DNA of 64,000 bases from an uncultured delta proteobacterium (GTDB lineage Bacteria > Desulfobacterota > Syntrophia > Syntrophales > UBA5619), in the NCBI GenBank assembly GCA_963817385.1, contig CAWFOM010000010.1, positions 288,001 to 352,000 on the forward strand, written 5' to 3'. Positions 52,313 through 63,187 of this stretch are shown here, in pieces (position 1 is the stretch's first letter; every line of letters begins with the position of its first letter). Under the pieces are notes generated by a model. That model did not search any database. It worked only from the letters and a program-made list of their open reading frames with translations, and was not told the origin of the DNA. A program made the translations under genes and the position numbers.

Positions 52313-53516
52313 TTACAGGCGGATCCGGACTTTCTGCGCCATTGCCTTTCCCAGTTCATAGCATCGGGCCAGAACCTCTTCATCGGGAACATTCTTCACG
52401 CGGATCCCCTCTCCGGCGATCTCCACCTTCATCTCGGTGAGGATCTCCTCGATCTGGCGCACCGCCTCGCCGCTCCAGCCGTAGGAGCCGAAGGCGGCGC
52501 CGACGAGGTTTCGCGGTTTGAGCCCCCGCAGGTAGGTCATGATGTCCGCCATCTTGGGAAGCATATTGTTGTTGAGCGTCGGAGAACCGACGGCGAGCGC
52601 CCCGGCGCCGAGCAGTTCGTAGACCACGTCGCTCCGATGCACCTCGTCCATCGACATGAGCTTGACTGAGAGGCCTCCCGCGGCAAGTCCTTCGCTGATC
52701 GCCCGGGCCATCTTTTCCGTGCTCTCCCACATCGTCGCGTAGACGACCACCGCCTTTGCCGTCGGCTTCTGCGCGGCCCATCTCCCGTACCGCTCGATGA
52801 TCCCGCCGATATCCCTGCGCCAGATCGGCCCATGGTCCGGGGCGATCATCTGAAACGAGAGCCCGGCGGCGGTGACCTTCTCCAGGAGTTTCGAGACCAG
52901 CGGCGAGTAGGGGAGGATGATGTTTGCGTAATAGGTCGCCGCCTCGTAGGCAAGGATCGCCGGATCGATCTGGTCGTCGAACCGCTCCAGGGACGCATAG
53001 TGCATCCCGAAGGCGTCCTGGGAAAAGAGGAGCTTTTCTTCGTTCAGATAGGAGAACATGCTGTCGGGCCAGTGGAGCATCCTGGTCTCCATGAAGGTGA
53101 GCGACCGGTTGCCGAGACTGAGCGTCTCTCCGTCCTTGACGGCGGTAATTTCCGCCGGGAAGGAAAAGTGCTCCTCGAGGGTCTTCGCCCCGACGGCGGA
53201 GGCGAACACCTTTTCGGGCCTCACGGCCTCGATCACCTCCGGCAGAGCATCCCGAGTGGTCCATCTCCGCGTGGTTGGAGATGATATAGTCGATCCGCGC
53301 CGGCTCGATCACATCGGCGATCCGGGCCATCATCTCCTCCCGGAAGGGGGCCTTTACCGTATCGACAAGGGTGATTTTGTCGGCCATGATCAGGTAGGCG
53401 TTGTAGGTGCTCCCCCGCAGCGTCTGATAACCATGGAAATCCCGGATATTCCAGTCGATGGCGCCGACCCACCAGACATCGTCCGTCACCTTGACCGCCT
53501 TATAGGGACTCTTCAT
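52313..53516 (-). CDS. fprA: Flavodiiron protein FprA/Roo, +1 frameshift near 53246
   Basis: [33 protein letters not shown], flavodoxin GSPT / FGSYGWSG. Confidence 0.93.
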
Positions 53517-54139
53517 TTTGCCACCTCTCCCTTTGAAAAACCGATATCGAAGGCGCGGAGGTTGGCCTCGACACGGGAGGCCGGCATCCCCTCCCGGATC
53601 ACGGCCTCAAAGACCTCCCGGTCGACGGGCAGCACCCCCAGGCCTGCGACGGCGCCGATCATGACGATGTTCCCGAGGATGGGATTCCCCAGGGCGACCG
53701 CCTCATCCGTCGCATCGAGGAAGCGGGCCGTATCCGAGAGCGCCGCCACGGCTTCCCGGATCTTCTCCGGCCCCGGATAATCGGCCTCTCCGGTGATCAC
53801 CCCCACGGGGTAGATCGGCCGCATGTTCACCAGGACCTTCACGGCGGGGTTGCCGTAGTCGGCCAGCACCCGGATCGCCTCGATCGGCTCGATGGCGACG
53901 ATCAGATGCGCCCTCCCCTTCGGGATCTGCGGGCTCCAGACCGCCGTCGACGAAACCCGGATGTGGCTCATGACCGAGCCGCCCCGCTGGGACATCCCGA
54001 ACGTCTCGCCGATCGTCACCCTGAACCCCTTGCGGACCAGCATGTTCGACAGGACCCGCGAGGCCATGACGTTTCCCTGGCCGCCCACCCCGGTTATGAT
54101 GATATTGTAGGGATCTTTCATCACGGTCCGCTTCTTCAT
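53513..54139 (-). CDS. iorB: Indolepyruvate oxidoreductase beta subunit, paralog 2
   Basis: [18 protein letters not shown]. Confidence 0.88.
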   Translation of the reverse strand: MKKRTVMKDPYNIIITGVGGQGNVMASRVLSNMLVRKGFRVTIGETFGMSQRGGSVMSHIRVSSTAVWSPQIPKGRAHLIVAIEPIEAIRVLADYGNPAVKVLVNMRPIYPVGVITGEADYPGPEKIREAVAALSDTARFLDATDEAVALGNPILGNIVMIGAVAGLGVLPVDREVFEAVIREGMPASRVEANLRAFDIGFSKGEVAK

Positions 54140-56083
54140 GCGCTCGCCGCCTCCTCGCTCCGGATCGCCTCGGCCGGACAGATCCCCGCGCAGACGCCGC
54201 AGCCGGCACAGATCACCTCATCGATCCGCGCCTTCCCCTTTTCCCGGTCCCACAGGAGTCCCGGACAGCGGAAGATCCGCGTGCAGAGGCGGTTGCAGCC
54301 GCAGGCATCACCCCGGCAGAGGAGTTCATCCACGCGCATCTGGTAGCGCTTCCGTCCTTTTTTTTCGGGTGACAGGGCGCAGGACTGCTTCAGGATCAGG
54401 ACCTTCACGCCTCCTCCCCCCTCCATGAGATCGTTGAGCGTCTCCCGCGTCTCCTTAAGGGCGAACGGATCGCCGATGACGACCTTCGCCCCTATGGAGG
54501 CGCAGAGGGCCGCGATATCGACCTTGGGGGAGGCATCCCCCATGGCGTTGACATCGATGCCGGGATGGGACTGGAATCCCGTCATCGCCGTGCCGCTGTT
54601 GTCCAGGGCGATGAAGATGATATTCGCATCCTGATGGACGGCGTTGATGAGCGCAGGAATCGCCGCATGGTAGAAGGTCGAATCCCCACAGACGGCAATG
54701 ATCGGCTGGTCCATCCCGAACGCCCCCAGCTTGCCGAATCCGGAGGCCACGCCCGTCCCCGACCCCATTGCATGAAGGGTCTTGGCGGTATGAAACCCGG
54801 CGGCAGGAAAGAGGCATGCCATCGCATAGCAGCCGATGTCCCCGCAGACGAACCCGCCGCGGCCGTCGCGCTGCAGCGCCTCGCGGATGCTCCAGTAGGA
54901 GGCGCGGTGGGGACAGCCGGGGCAGAAGGTCTGCTCGCGCCGGGGCGCCAGAGCGGCCAATGCCCGGAGCTTCTCTCCGTAGGCCGCCGGAAGCGACTTT
55001 GGTTCCATCCCCAGAATCAGGCCGACGGCCCGAGCAACCAGGTCGGGATTCAGCTCGCCCGCCATCGGCAGGGTCCCGTCGTTCTTCCCGTAAAAGGTCT
55101 TGCTGCCGATCGCCCGCACCTGCTCGGCGGCCAGAATCTTGACCTGCTCCTCGAGAAACGGGAGCACCTCCTCGACGATCAGGATCTTCTCCGCCGCCGC
55201 CAGATATCGCTTCAGAAGCTTGGGCGGTATGGGCCAGGTCGTGCCGAGCTTGAGAATGCCCACCCGGTCTTCGGCTTCGATTAGTGACAGGGCCTCGCGG
55301 CTGTAGAGCATGCAGGCGCTGCTTGTGATGATCAGGAGCTCCGGCCGCTCAGGACCCGAATAGGAGTTAAAGGGGCTCTCTTCGAAGATCTCCGCCGCTT
55401 TCCTGATCTTCTCCTGCTGGAGTCGGTGTTTCTCGACGACCGGGAAGCTGATCATCGGCCCCCGCTCGGGATCGGAAACCGCGGCCGTCGCAGCAAAATT
55501 CCGCCTTTCCCACTATGGAGGGAAGTTCACCGAGGACGACGTTTCCGCTTGCATGCGACATGCGGGTCACGCTCCGGAGCATGACGATCGTCCTAAGCTC
55601 CTCCGAGAGGGTGAAGGCCCAGCGGGTCATCTCCTTCGCCTCCTGGAAATCCGCGGGCTCGAGGAGCGGAATCTCCATGAGCCGCGCGAAATGACGGGAC
55701 TCCCCTTCGTTGACGCTCGAGAGCGCTCCGGGATCGTCGCAGGTGACGAGGACCATCCCGCCCCGCGTTCCCGACCCGACCAGGTGGAGGAGAAAATCGG
55801 AGGCGACATTGACGCCGTTTTGCTTCATGACGCAGAGCGACCGAAGGCCGGCAAACGATGCCGCCGCCGCCACTTCCATGGCCACCTTTTCGTTGGTGGA
55901 CCACTCCACATAGAGCTTTCCCGCCTCCGCGAACCGGGAAAGGGTTTCGATGATCTCCGAAGAAGGGGTGCCGGGATAGCCGGCGGCGACCCGGACCCCG
56001 GCCTCCAGGGCGCCGCGGGCGATGGCCTCGTTTCCCATGAGCAGGAGCTCGTCCCCCGCTTTCTGTTTCCTATCAATTGACAT
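54136..56083 (-). CDS. iorA: Indolepyruvate oxidoreductase alpha subunit, paralog 2, +1 frameshift near 55484
   Basis: MGNEAIARG, GYPGTPS, FCPGCPH, GDIGCY, GDST, C-terminal ferredoxin motifs. Confidence 0.88.
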
Positions 56084-56116
56084 CCGCGCCTCCGCACCAG
56101 ACTTGATCCCTGCACA

Positions 56117-57253
56117 TCATCCCACCTGCCCCATCGGATCGGTTGAACCCGCCCGCACAGCGGAAGAGCTTGCCGCCGCCCGCTTCTTGTTGAGCGAGGC
56201 CGCCTTGAGTTTCTCCCAATTACCCGCCGGAATATCCCGAAACTCGAGAACTCCGCGGCGTCGGGCCAACTCCAGGATCTCACTGCCGCGCCTGGTCCTG
56301 ACGATCACCTGGTTCCACCCGCGGGCCGTCTCCCATCCCTCCGGAAGGCGCGCTGATCCGACTGAGAGATCGCTGAATTCGGCCGTCATGTCGTCGCAGG
56401 AAAGGCAGGATTCCCGGACGCAGGGGTTAACCTCGTCGAGGGAAACCCGGACGGTCCCGTCCTTCGTGGACACTTCCAGGGTATGGTATCGGCTGGGGGG
56501 GATATCCATCCCGGTCACCCGGGCAAGATCGGTTTTTTGTTCCACGAGTGTGACAAGGTCCCGCCAGGAAAGGGCCCAGCCGCAGAAGAGCCCCACAACC
56601 AGTTGGAGTTTTTCAATGCCGCTCGCGGGCGCCGTGACAGGCTGGGTGCGCATCTTGGCGAGGGCCAATGCCTGACAGGGGGTGGCGACGACGCCGATTC
56701 TCCGGTAATCGGAACGAACCGCCCGGTTGAATTCAGCAACGGTAGGAGAGACGACGAATCTGCTTTTCCCCGTCTTGCCTGCCGCTTCGGGGTCGCTGAC
56801 CGTGATCGCCCGGGGGAGAAGCCCCTCTCCTTCCGCGGCAAGAACGGCTGCATCGATCAATCCCTCCCGAAGGGCCAGGGCAATCAGGGCGGTGACTGTT
56901 CCGCCGTGCTGGGCCTGACGTCGGATCCCCTCATCCGTCGCCCGGGTGATAAAAAATCCTTCCACCGCCCCCAGTTCCGGCGTCCAATTCGCACCGGCAT
57001 GGAGTTTCCGGTGCAGGGCTTCCCGGTCCACGGGCGTCCGCGGGCAGCAGGCATAACAGCGCCCCCGCGCAAGATCACAAAGATGGAGGGTGACTGTTCG
57101 GTCACGGTAGGAGGCCTGATAGGGGCAGAGGTTGACGCAGGCTCCGCAACCGGTGCAAAGACCGGCCCTGATGATCGACTCCTCCAGTTCCTTCTGCCCC
57201 CCCTGTCCGACTCCCGTATCCGCTGTATCCGTATCCCGCTCGTTCAACCGCAT
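56117..57253 (-). CDS. FrhB-family (F420 hydrogenase/dehydrogenase beta) Fe-S flavoprotein
   Basis: CTGCGACVNLCP, AQHGGTVTAL, VATPCQ, VGLFC, CLSCDD..AEFSDLSVG, GWNQVIVRT. Confidence 0.87.
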   Translation of the reverse strand: MRLNERDTDTADTGVGQGGQKELEESIIRAGLCTGCGACVNLCPYQASYRDRTVTLHLCDLARGRCYACCPRTPVDREALHRKLHAGANWTPELGAVEGFFITRATDEGIRRQAQHGGTVTALIALALREGLIDAAVLAAEGEGLLPRAITVSDPEAAGKTGKSRFVVSPTVAEFNRAVRSDYRRIGVVATPCQALALAKMRTQPVTAPASGIEKLQLVVGLFCGWALSWRDLVTLVEQKTDLARVTGMDIPPSRYHTLEVSTKDGTVRVSLDEVNPCVRESCLSCDDMTAEFSDLSVGSARLPEGWETARGWNQVIVRTRRGSEILELARRRGVLEFRDIPAGNWEKLKAASLNKKRAAASSSAVRAGSTDPMGQVG

Positions 57254-57453
57254 GACGCCGCTCCACCTCCAAATCGCGAATCCCCGGGAATGGCAGGTCC
57301 TTCCCCTGTTTTCCGCAGCATTCTAACACACGCATCCGTTTCCCTGTCAACCCATAAATGCCGACGGAAAAGGAAAACATTTTTCACGAAGGGAAAAGAC
57401 TGTTGTTGACAACGACCCGCTCTTATACTATGAAGGCCCTTCGAAACCGATAT

Positions 57454-57529
57454 TCCCCAGTAGCTCAGTCGGTAGAGCAGATGGCTGTTAACCATCGGGT
57501 CCGTGGTTCGAGTCCGCGCTGGGGAGCCA
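57454..57529 (+). tRNA. tRNA-Asn(GTT)
   Basis: 76-nt cloverleaf TCCCCAG...CTGGGGA-G-CCA, anticodon arm GATGG-CT-GTT-AA-CCATC, TTCGAGT T-loop. Confidence 0.97.
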
Positions 57530-57537
57530 GTAATAAC

Positions 57538-57570
57538 AGGGGTTAGCCAATCTATGGGTAGCCCCTTTTT
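57538..57570 (+). terminator. Rho-independent terminator after tRNA-Asn
   Basis: AGGGGTTAGCCA...TGGGTAGCCCCT then T-run. Confidence 0.65.
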
Positions 57571-57712
57571 CTTTCGTTTATTGTTTTCTAGAATGTTTAT
57601 TCCAGATCGAGGACCCGAAAAGCACCACAGGGTACAAAGATTCAATCCACGGGAAATTTCAAAAAAGATTTTGAAAATATGCCGCTTCATTCTGTGACGG
57701 AACGGATAATCA

Positions 57713-57742
57713 TTGACAAATCGGGAGAACGGGCACTATAAT
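57713..57742 (+). promoter_or_regulatory. Consensus sigma70 promoter
   Basis: TTGACA-18bp-TATAAT. Confidence 0.75.
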
Positions 57743-57798
57743 AACTAACATTACAGATAATCGCGGCTCCATCAAAATTCTTATAGGAGGGTACAACC

Positions 57799-57975
57799 AT
57801 GGCAGTGAAGAAGGCAGTAAAAAAAACCGCGGCCAAAGCCAAGGGCAAAAAGGGCGAAGCATACACCTGCGGAGTCTGCGGTCTATCGGTGACGGTGGTT
57901 GAGGCCTGTGGATGCGCGGAAGCCCACCCCATCATCTGCTGCATGAAACCCATGAAGAAGAAACGCGGCAAGTAA
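57799..57975 (+). CDS. Small basic Cys-rich protein (58 aa), desulforedoxin-like metal site
   Basis: AGGAGG RBS; MAVKKAVKKTAAKAKGKKGEAYTCGVCGLSVTVVEACGCAEAHPIICCMKPMKKKRGK; not in ORF track. Confidence 0.8.
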   Translation: MAVKKAVKKTAAKAKGKKGEAYTCGVCGLSVTVVEACGCAEAHPIICCMKPMKKKRGK

Positions 57976-58088
57976 TCGATCAATCTTCCACTCTTCGGCA
58001 AAGGGAGTGTCGTCTCCCCCGGGGAGTGGAGCTATCTCTCGAATTCTATCTTCATCTTGGGGCTTTCCTGAGGGCTCCGTTGTTTTTA

Positions 58089-59063
58089 TCACGCCATTCC
58101 TATTTTGGCCATGCGCTTGTGTATCGTCTGCGCCTGCCCGATCATCTCTGCGACGATATCCCGGACCGGCATGATTTTTTTGGGGATGCCTATCCCCTGT
58201 GAAATGGAAATGGTTCCCGCGTTCAAATCGCCGGTCTGGTACATCTTCCTCGCCGCTTCGCCGGAAACATACGGGAGTATCTCCTCCAGCGAACCTCCCC
58301 TTTTTTCAATTTCAAGGGTCTTCCTGGCCGGCTCATTCATCCATACGCGATGCGTGAAACCGACCGAGAACATGATCAGGTCGGTGCTGAGCTCGTTGGC
58401 TTCGCAAAGCGCTTGCTTCAGATGCGGATGCACAGGGCATTCGTCGGAAAGGACGAAGCGCGAACCGACAATAGCTGCTTCCGCCCCGAGCGAGAGGACG
58501 GCGTAGAGTCCTCGCCCGTCGGCAACGCCGCCGCCGCCGATGACCGGAATCCGAACCGCGTCGACCGCCGACGGCACCAGCACCAACGTGGTGATGTTCA
58601 ATATCCCCGTCGCCCCGCCATTTTCATATCCCACAACCGTTACGGCGTCTGCGCCAAGCGAGGCCACTTTCCTGGCGTAACGCACCCCGACGCATTTGTG
58701 AATCCAGGTCATGCCGTATTCCTTGAAGAGCGCCACAAGATCTACCGGCGCCTGATGGCCGGATGTCTCGACTATTCTTACTCCCTCGGCGGAGAGTACA
58801 TCGAGAAACACCCGATTATCGGGCGGCATCAGTTGGGGAAAGAGATTAATATTTACGGCGAATGGTTTATCGGTCAATTCCCTCGTTTTTCTAATTTCCA
58901 GACGAAGTTTCTCCGGGTCCTTGAAGATTGCCGAGGCGATAATGCCGAGCGCGCCGGCATTGGAAATTGCGGCCACGAAGGGGGCCAGCGTAATGTCCAT
59001 CATGGTCCCGCCGATAATCGGATATTGAATCCCCAGCAACTCGGTTATCCTGGTCTTGAACAT
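58089..59063 (-). CDS. Nitronate monooxygenase / FabK-like FMN oxidoreductase
   Basis: KTRITELLGIQYPII, PFAVN, GYENGG, GGVADGRG, GSRF. Confidence 0.85.
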   Translation of the reverse strand: MFKTRITELLGIQYPIIGGTMMDITLAPFVAAISNAGALGIIASAIFKDPEKLRLEIRKTRELTDKPFAVNINLFPQLMPPDNRVFLDVLSAEGVRIVETSGHQAPVDLVALFKEYGMTWIHKCVGVRYARKVASLGADAVTVVGYENGGATGILNITTLVLVPSAVDAVRIPVIGGGGVADGRGLYAVLSLGAEAAIVGSRFVLSDECPVHPHLKQALCEANELSTDLIMFSVGFTHRVWMNEPARKTLEIEKRGGSLEEILPYVSGEAARKMYQTGDLNAGTISISQGIGIPKKIMPVRDIVAEMIGQAQTIHKRMAKIGMA

Positions 59064-59393
59064 GGCCTCTCCTATCAATCAAGGTTCTGATCTTCCTTAT
59101 ATACAACCACCGTCGAGATGCTTTTTGAAGCACCGTCGATGAAGGTATATCCTGAGATCTCGTGAATAATGGAATTCTTTAACAACAATATGCTTTTAAG
59201 CGACGTGAGTATAGGGAGATGCATTTTGTGTGTCAAGATAATAAAACCACCGGCGCCGTTTCGACGAGCCTGAGTACGCAAATCATTACCTCTGACGAAA
59301 ATGCTTGATTTCATGCCGTTATCAGTAATAATGTTATCGTTAAGATAATTATGATTCGGCCGCATCAAAATGAAAACAGGAGGAAAACCCACG

Positions 59394-59750
59394 ATGAACT
59401 TCAAGTATACCCGTATTTACGCCGGACCGGACGGGAATACCCACTTCCAGGATGTCGAGGTACCGATGACTTCCGAGCAGGGCGACCAGTTTAAGTCAAT
59501 CCTCATGAAAGCGACCGGCATCATTTTCCGAATTACCGGGCCGGGGTATGATCTTGACTGGCATCCGGTCAGACGGAAGCAGTTCGTGATTACCCTCGAA
59601 GGGGAGGGTGACGTTGTTGCCAGCGACGGCACGAGGCGCCGTTTCGGGCCGGGCGATATTATGCTGGCGGATGACATGAACAGCAAGGGACATCTCAGCA
59701 AGGCGGTCGGCGGCAAACCAAGAAAGTCTATCTTCGTAACGGTAGACTAA
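59394..59750 (+). CDS. Small cupin-like protein
   Basis: DGNTHF, WHPVRRKQFVITLEG...DG...FGPGDIMLADD..KGH. Confidence 0.7.
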   Translation: MNFKYTRIYAGPDGNTHFQDVEVPMTSEQGDQFKSILMKATGIIFRITGPGYDLDWHPVRRKQFVITLEGEGDVVASDGTRRRFGPGDIMLADDMNSKGHLSKAVGGKPRKSIFVTVD

Positions 59751-59827
59751 ACCATTCAGACCTTTGTAGACGGGAACGAAACGACCGTCGTTGCAGAAAC
59801 ATCGCCACCTATTCAGGAGGAACCCCT

Positions 59828-61081
59828 ATGACAGAGGTAGTAATCGTATCAGCCTGCCGGACCGCGATCGGCGCCTTCGGCGGATCGCTTCGCGACGTGA
59901 ACTGCGCCCAGCTCGGCAGTGTCGTGATGAAGGAGGCCGTCAGAAGGGCCGGGATTGACGCCGCCCTTATCGATGACGTCCGTTTCGGCTGCTGCATGGA
60001 GCCGGCGGACGCCCTCAACGTCACCCGCATCGCCGCCCTCATGGCGGGTATCCCGGATACCGTCACGGCAGTAACCGTAAATCGGGTCTGCATCTCCGGA
60101 ATGGAGGCCGTCGTCTCCGGCATGGCAATGATCCAGGCCGGCATGGCGGAGATCATCCTCGCCGGCGGCATGGAGCACATGTCGGGGGTTGCCTATTCGG
60201 TTCCCGCCGCCCGCTGGGGCTGCCGCTTCCAGGACCAGATCTTCGTTGATGACATCATCCACGGCCTCCATGCGGGCTCGCACCTTCTGCCCGGTCTGGA
60301 GAAGGGACCGGTCAAGGAGGGGGGCGTCGTTGAGCTCTTCCGGGGAAAACCGTATATCATGGGGGTCACTGCCGAGTTGATCGCCCAGATGTACGACCTC
60401 TCGCGGGAGGAGATCGACGCGGTTGCGCTCCGCAGCCACAATAACGCCGAGCGGGCCACCCGCGAAGGCGACTTCAAGGATGAGATCGTCCCTGTGGAGA
60501 TCCCCCAGAAAAAAGGGAAACCGCCCGTCATCTTCGACAAAGACGAACACTTCCGGCCGGGGATCACGATGGCCGATCTCGCCTCGCTGCCGGCCGCCTT
60601 CATCCCGAAGACCGGCAAGGTCACGGCCGGGAACTCCTCCGGCGTCAACGACGGGGCGAGCGCCATGGTCATCATGTCGGCAGCAATGGCGAAGGAATTG
60701 GGGATTATTCCCCTCGCCCGGATCAAAGCGGTGGGCCGCGGCGGCTGTCACCCCTCCGTCATGGGGCTGAGCCCCGTCCCCGCCGTCCGGAATCTCCTGG
60801 CCAGGACGGGTCTCACCCTCTCCGATTTCGAACTGATCGAGGTCAACGAGGCGTTTGCCGCACAGTACCTGGGCTGCGAGCGTGAACTCGGACTGAACCG
60901 GGAGCTTGTCAACGTCAACGGTTCCGGCGTGGGTCTCGGCCACCCGGTAGGCTCCACCGGATGCCGGATCATGGTCACTCTCCTCCATGCCATGAGGAAG
61001 CGGGGCAAAACCCTCGGGATGGCCACGCTCTGCGGCGGCGGCGGTGTTTCTCTCGCCACCGTCCTGGAGGCGTCGGCATAA
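59828..61081 (+). CDS. Acetyl-CoA C-acyltransferase (thiolase)
   Basis: NRVCISG, EVNEAFA, GHPVGSTG, LCGGGG. Confidence 0.94.
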   Translation: MTEVVIVSACRTAIGAFGGSLRDVNCAQLGSVVMKEAVRRAGIDAALIDDVRFGCCMEPADALNVTRIAALMAGIPDTVTAVTVNRVCISGMEAVVSGMAMIQAGMAEIILAGGMEHMSGVAYSVPAARWGCRFQDQIFVDDIIHGLHAGSHLLPGLEKGPVKEGGVVELFRGKPYIMGVTAELIAQMYDLSREEIDAVALRSHNNAERATREGDFKDEIVPVEIPQKKGKPPVIFDKDEHFRPGITMADLASLPAAFIPKTGKVTAGNSSGVNDGASAMVIMSAAMAKELGIIPLARIKAVGRGGCHPSVMGLSPVPAVRNLLARTGLTLSDFELIEVNEAFAAQYLGCERELGLNRELVNVNGSGVGLGHPVGSTGCRIMVTLLHAMRKRGKTLGMATLCGGGGVSLATVLEASA

Positions 61082-61133
61082 ACCGCCCATCCATGCCCAT
61101 CTTCCCGTCCCGGATCGAGGTTACATTTTCTTC

Positions 61134-61193
61134 TTGACATCCTCCTACTCTTTCGCTACGGTCGGCTATCCAGTCTTACCGGTCTGACCAATT
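61134..61193 (+). promoter_or_regulatory. Promoter plus FadR-type operator of the GntR gene
   Basis: TTGACA-17-TACGGT followed by ACCGGTCTGACCAATT (GGT-N3-ACC dyad). Confidence 0.5.
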
Positions 61194-61205
61194 TTGAGGG
61201 AACGG

Positions 61206-61970
61206 ATGACTTTTGAAAAGCTGACCCAAACCAAGTTCAAGAAGAAAAGTTCCTTTATCGCCGACCAAATCCTGCGGATGATCGACTCCGGGCGCTACAA
61301 GGCAGGAAGCAAACTCCCCTCTGAGCGCACCATCACCGAACAGATGGGGGTGAGCCGCCCTTCCCTGCGGGAGGCGATCAGCGCCCTGCAGATCGTCGGC
61401 ATCCTGGAAAGCCGCCCCGGCGACGGCACCTACGTCTCCAACCCCGCAGCCACCGAAGAGCTCATGCGGCGGGCTGTCGCCGTCCTCGAGGAATGCGACA
61501 GCCCCTTTGAAAATATGCAAGCCCGCAAGGCGTTGGAAATAGGCGCGGTCAGACTCGCCATCGCGGTCGCGACCGATGCCGACCTCAATGCCCTCAAGGC
61601 GGTGTCGGACGAAAAATGCCAGCGGGGACGCCGGGGGGATCTGGAGGAGTATCTCCGCTACGGGAAGGAATTCCACCTCGTCATCGCCCGCGCCACAAAA
61701 AACCGGACCATCGAGGCGATCATGGAGAAGCTCCTCGATATGACCATCCAGCCCCTCTGGATCAACATGCGCCGGGACTATTTCCTCAAGGATCCTTCCC
61801 GGATCGAACTGATGATCGATATCCATGATCGGATCATGCGGGCGATCGTCGACCGCGATATGGACCGGGCAACCCGCGAATTGGAGATCCACTACGACAT
61901 GCAGATCGAGCAGATCTACGGTCAGAGTGATGAAAATAATCACGAGCAGCCTACCGGCATGCAGAAATAG
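61206..61970 (+). CDS. GntR/FadR-family transcriptional regulator
   Basis: KLPSER..GVSRPSLREA..GDGTYV; FCD domain FH...N...HDRI...H. Confidence 0.92.
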   Translation: MTFEKLTQTKFKKKSSFIADQILRMIDSGRYKAGSKLPSERTITEQMGVSRPSLREAISALQIVGILESRPGDGTYVSNPAATEELMRRAVAVLEECDSPFENMQARKALEIGAVRLAIAVATDADLNALKAVSDEKCQRGRRGDLEEYLRYGKEFHLVIARATKNRTIEAIMEKLLDMTIQPLWINMRRDYFLKDPSRIELMIDIHDRIMRAIVDRDMDRATRELEIHYDMQIEQIYGQSDENNHEQPTGMQK

Positions 61971-62114
61971 AATGCCGGACAAACCGTAAAGGGGGTGATG
62001 ACGGCGATATTCGGTGGAAGAAGGAAGGGGTAGATTTCCCGAGGGTTCTTTTAACTGTCGGGTCGCCGTCGGGCATTTCCAATCGGCGAACCAGCCATGT
62101 CATGGAGGGTAAAA

Positions 62115-63099
62115 ATGAAGAATATTTATAAGTTGTCAGTTTTACTGTTGGTCGTCTTATTCATTGCTGTCGGGGCGGGAAGCGCTCTGGGCGCCGGTAA
62201 ATACCCGGAAAAACCCATCACCCTGATCGTCCATGCCTCCGCCGGCGGGGGAAGCGACATCTTTGCCCGCACCCTGTCCGCAGCGGTCGAAAAGGATAAA
62301 CTCCTTCCCCAGCCGATCGTCGTCGAGAACAAGCCGGGCGGAAGCGGCGGCATCGCCTTCGCCTATGTGGCCGGCAAGAAGAAGGACCCCTATTTCCTCC
62401 TCACCGCGGTGACGAGCTTCATGACCACGCCGCTGATGGGGATCACCCCGGTCGGCCTCAAGGACTTCACCCCGATCGCCAATTTCGCCTTCGACGAATA
62501 TATGCTGATGGTCAACCCCAAATCGAAGTACAAATCGGTGAAGGAGATCATCGCCGACGCCAAGGCCAATCCGAAGAAAATCACCGTCGGCGGAACGCAG
62601 CTCGGCTCGTCCGACTCCATTTGCGCCTATCTGGTTGAAAAGGCGGCCGGCGTCCAGTTCAATTACGTCGTCTTCAACGGCGGCGGCGAGGTCAACGCGG
62701 CCCTCCTCGGCGGCCATATCGACATCGCGGTCAGCAACCCCGGAGAGGCGCTGGAACTCTCCAAGGCGGGCAAAGTCAAACTCCTGGGCGTCTATTCCGA
62801 CAAACGGCTGCCCGGCGCCCCCGATGTCCCGACGATGAAGGAGCAGGGGGTCGACGTCACCTACGTCCAGAACCGCGGTCTCGTCGCCCCGGCCGACATC
62901 CCGGCGGACGCACGGAAGGTCCTGGAAGAGGCCTTCGCCAAATACATGAAGACGGACGTCTTCAAGAAATATCTCGCGGACAACATGCTCTCCGCGGCAT
63001 GGATGGACGGCGATACCTTCGGCGAAATGGCTCGAGAAAGAAAACGAAAGGTATGCCGTGATCATCAAAGACATGGGTTTGATCAAAAAGAAGAAGTAA
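62115..63099 (+). CDS. tctC: Tripartite tricarboxylate transporter substrate-binding protein (TctC/Bug), +1 frameshift near 63021
   Basis: YPEKPITLIV..AGGGSD, VENKPGGSG, GGGE..ALLGGH; corrected end KWLEKENERY..KKKK*. Confidence 0.9.
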
Positions 63100-63126
63100 T
63101 ACCTTAATTATCGATACAGGCAACGG

Positions 63127-63157
63127 GCGGGGGCGCAGCTTCTGCGCCCCCGCTTTT
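63127..63157 (+). terminator. Hairpin between tctC and tctB
   Basis: GCGGGGGCGCAG-CTT-CTGCGCCCCCGC-TTTT. Confidence 0.65.
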
Positions 63158-63187
63158 ATCAGGCGGAATGAAGAGGCGAGGCGGCTG

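Noticed and set aside
57454..57700. tRNA-Asn as an integration site for a genomic island
   Set aside because: No integrase and no duplicated tRNA 3' end were seen in the window, and a normal terminator follows.
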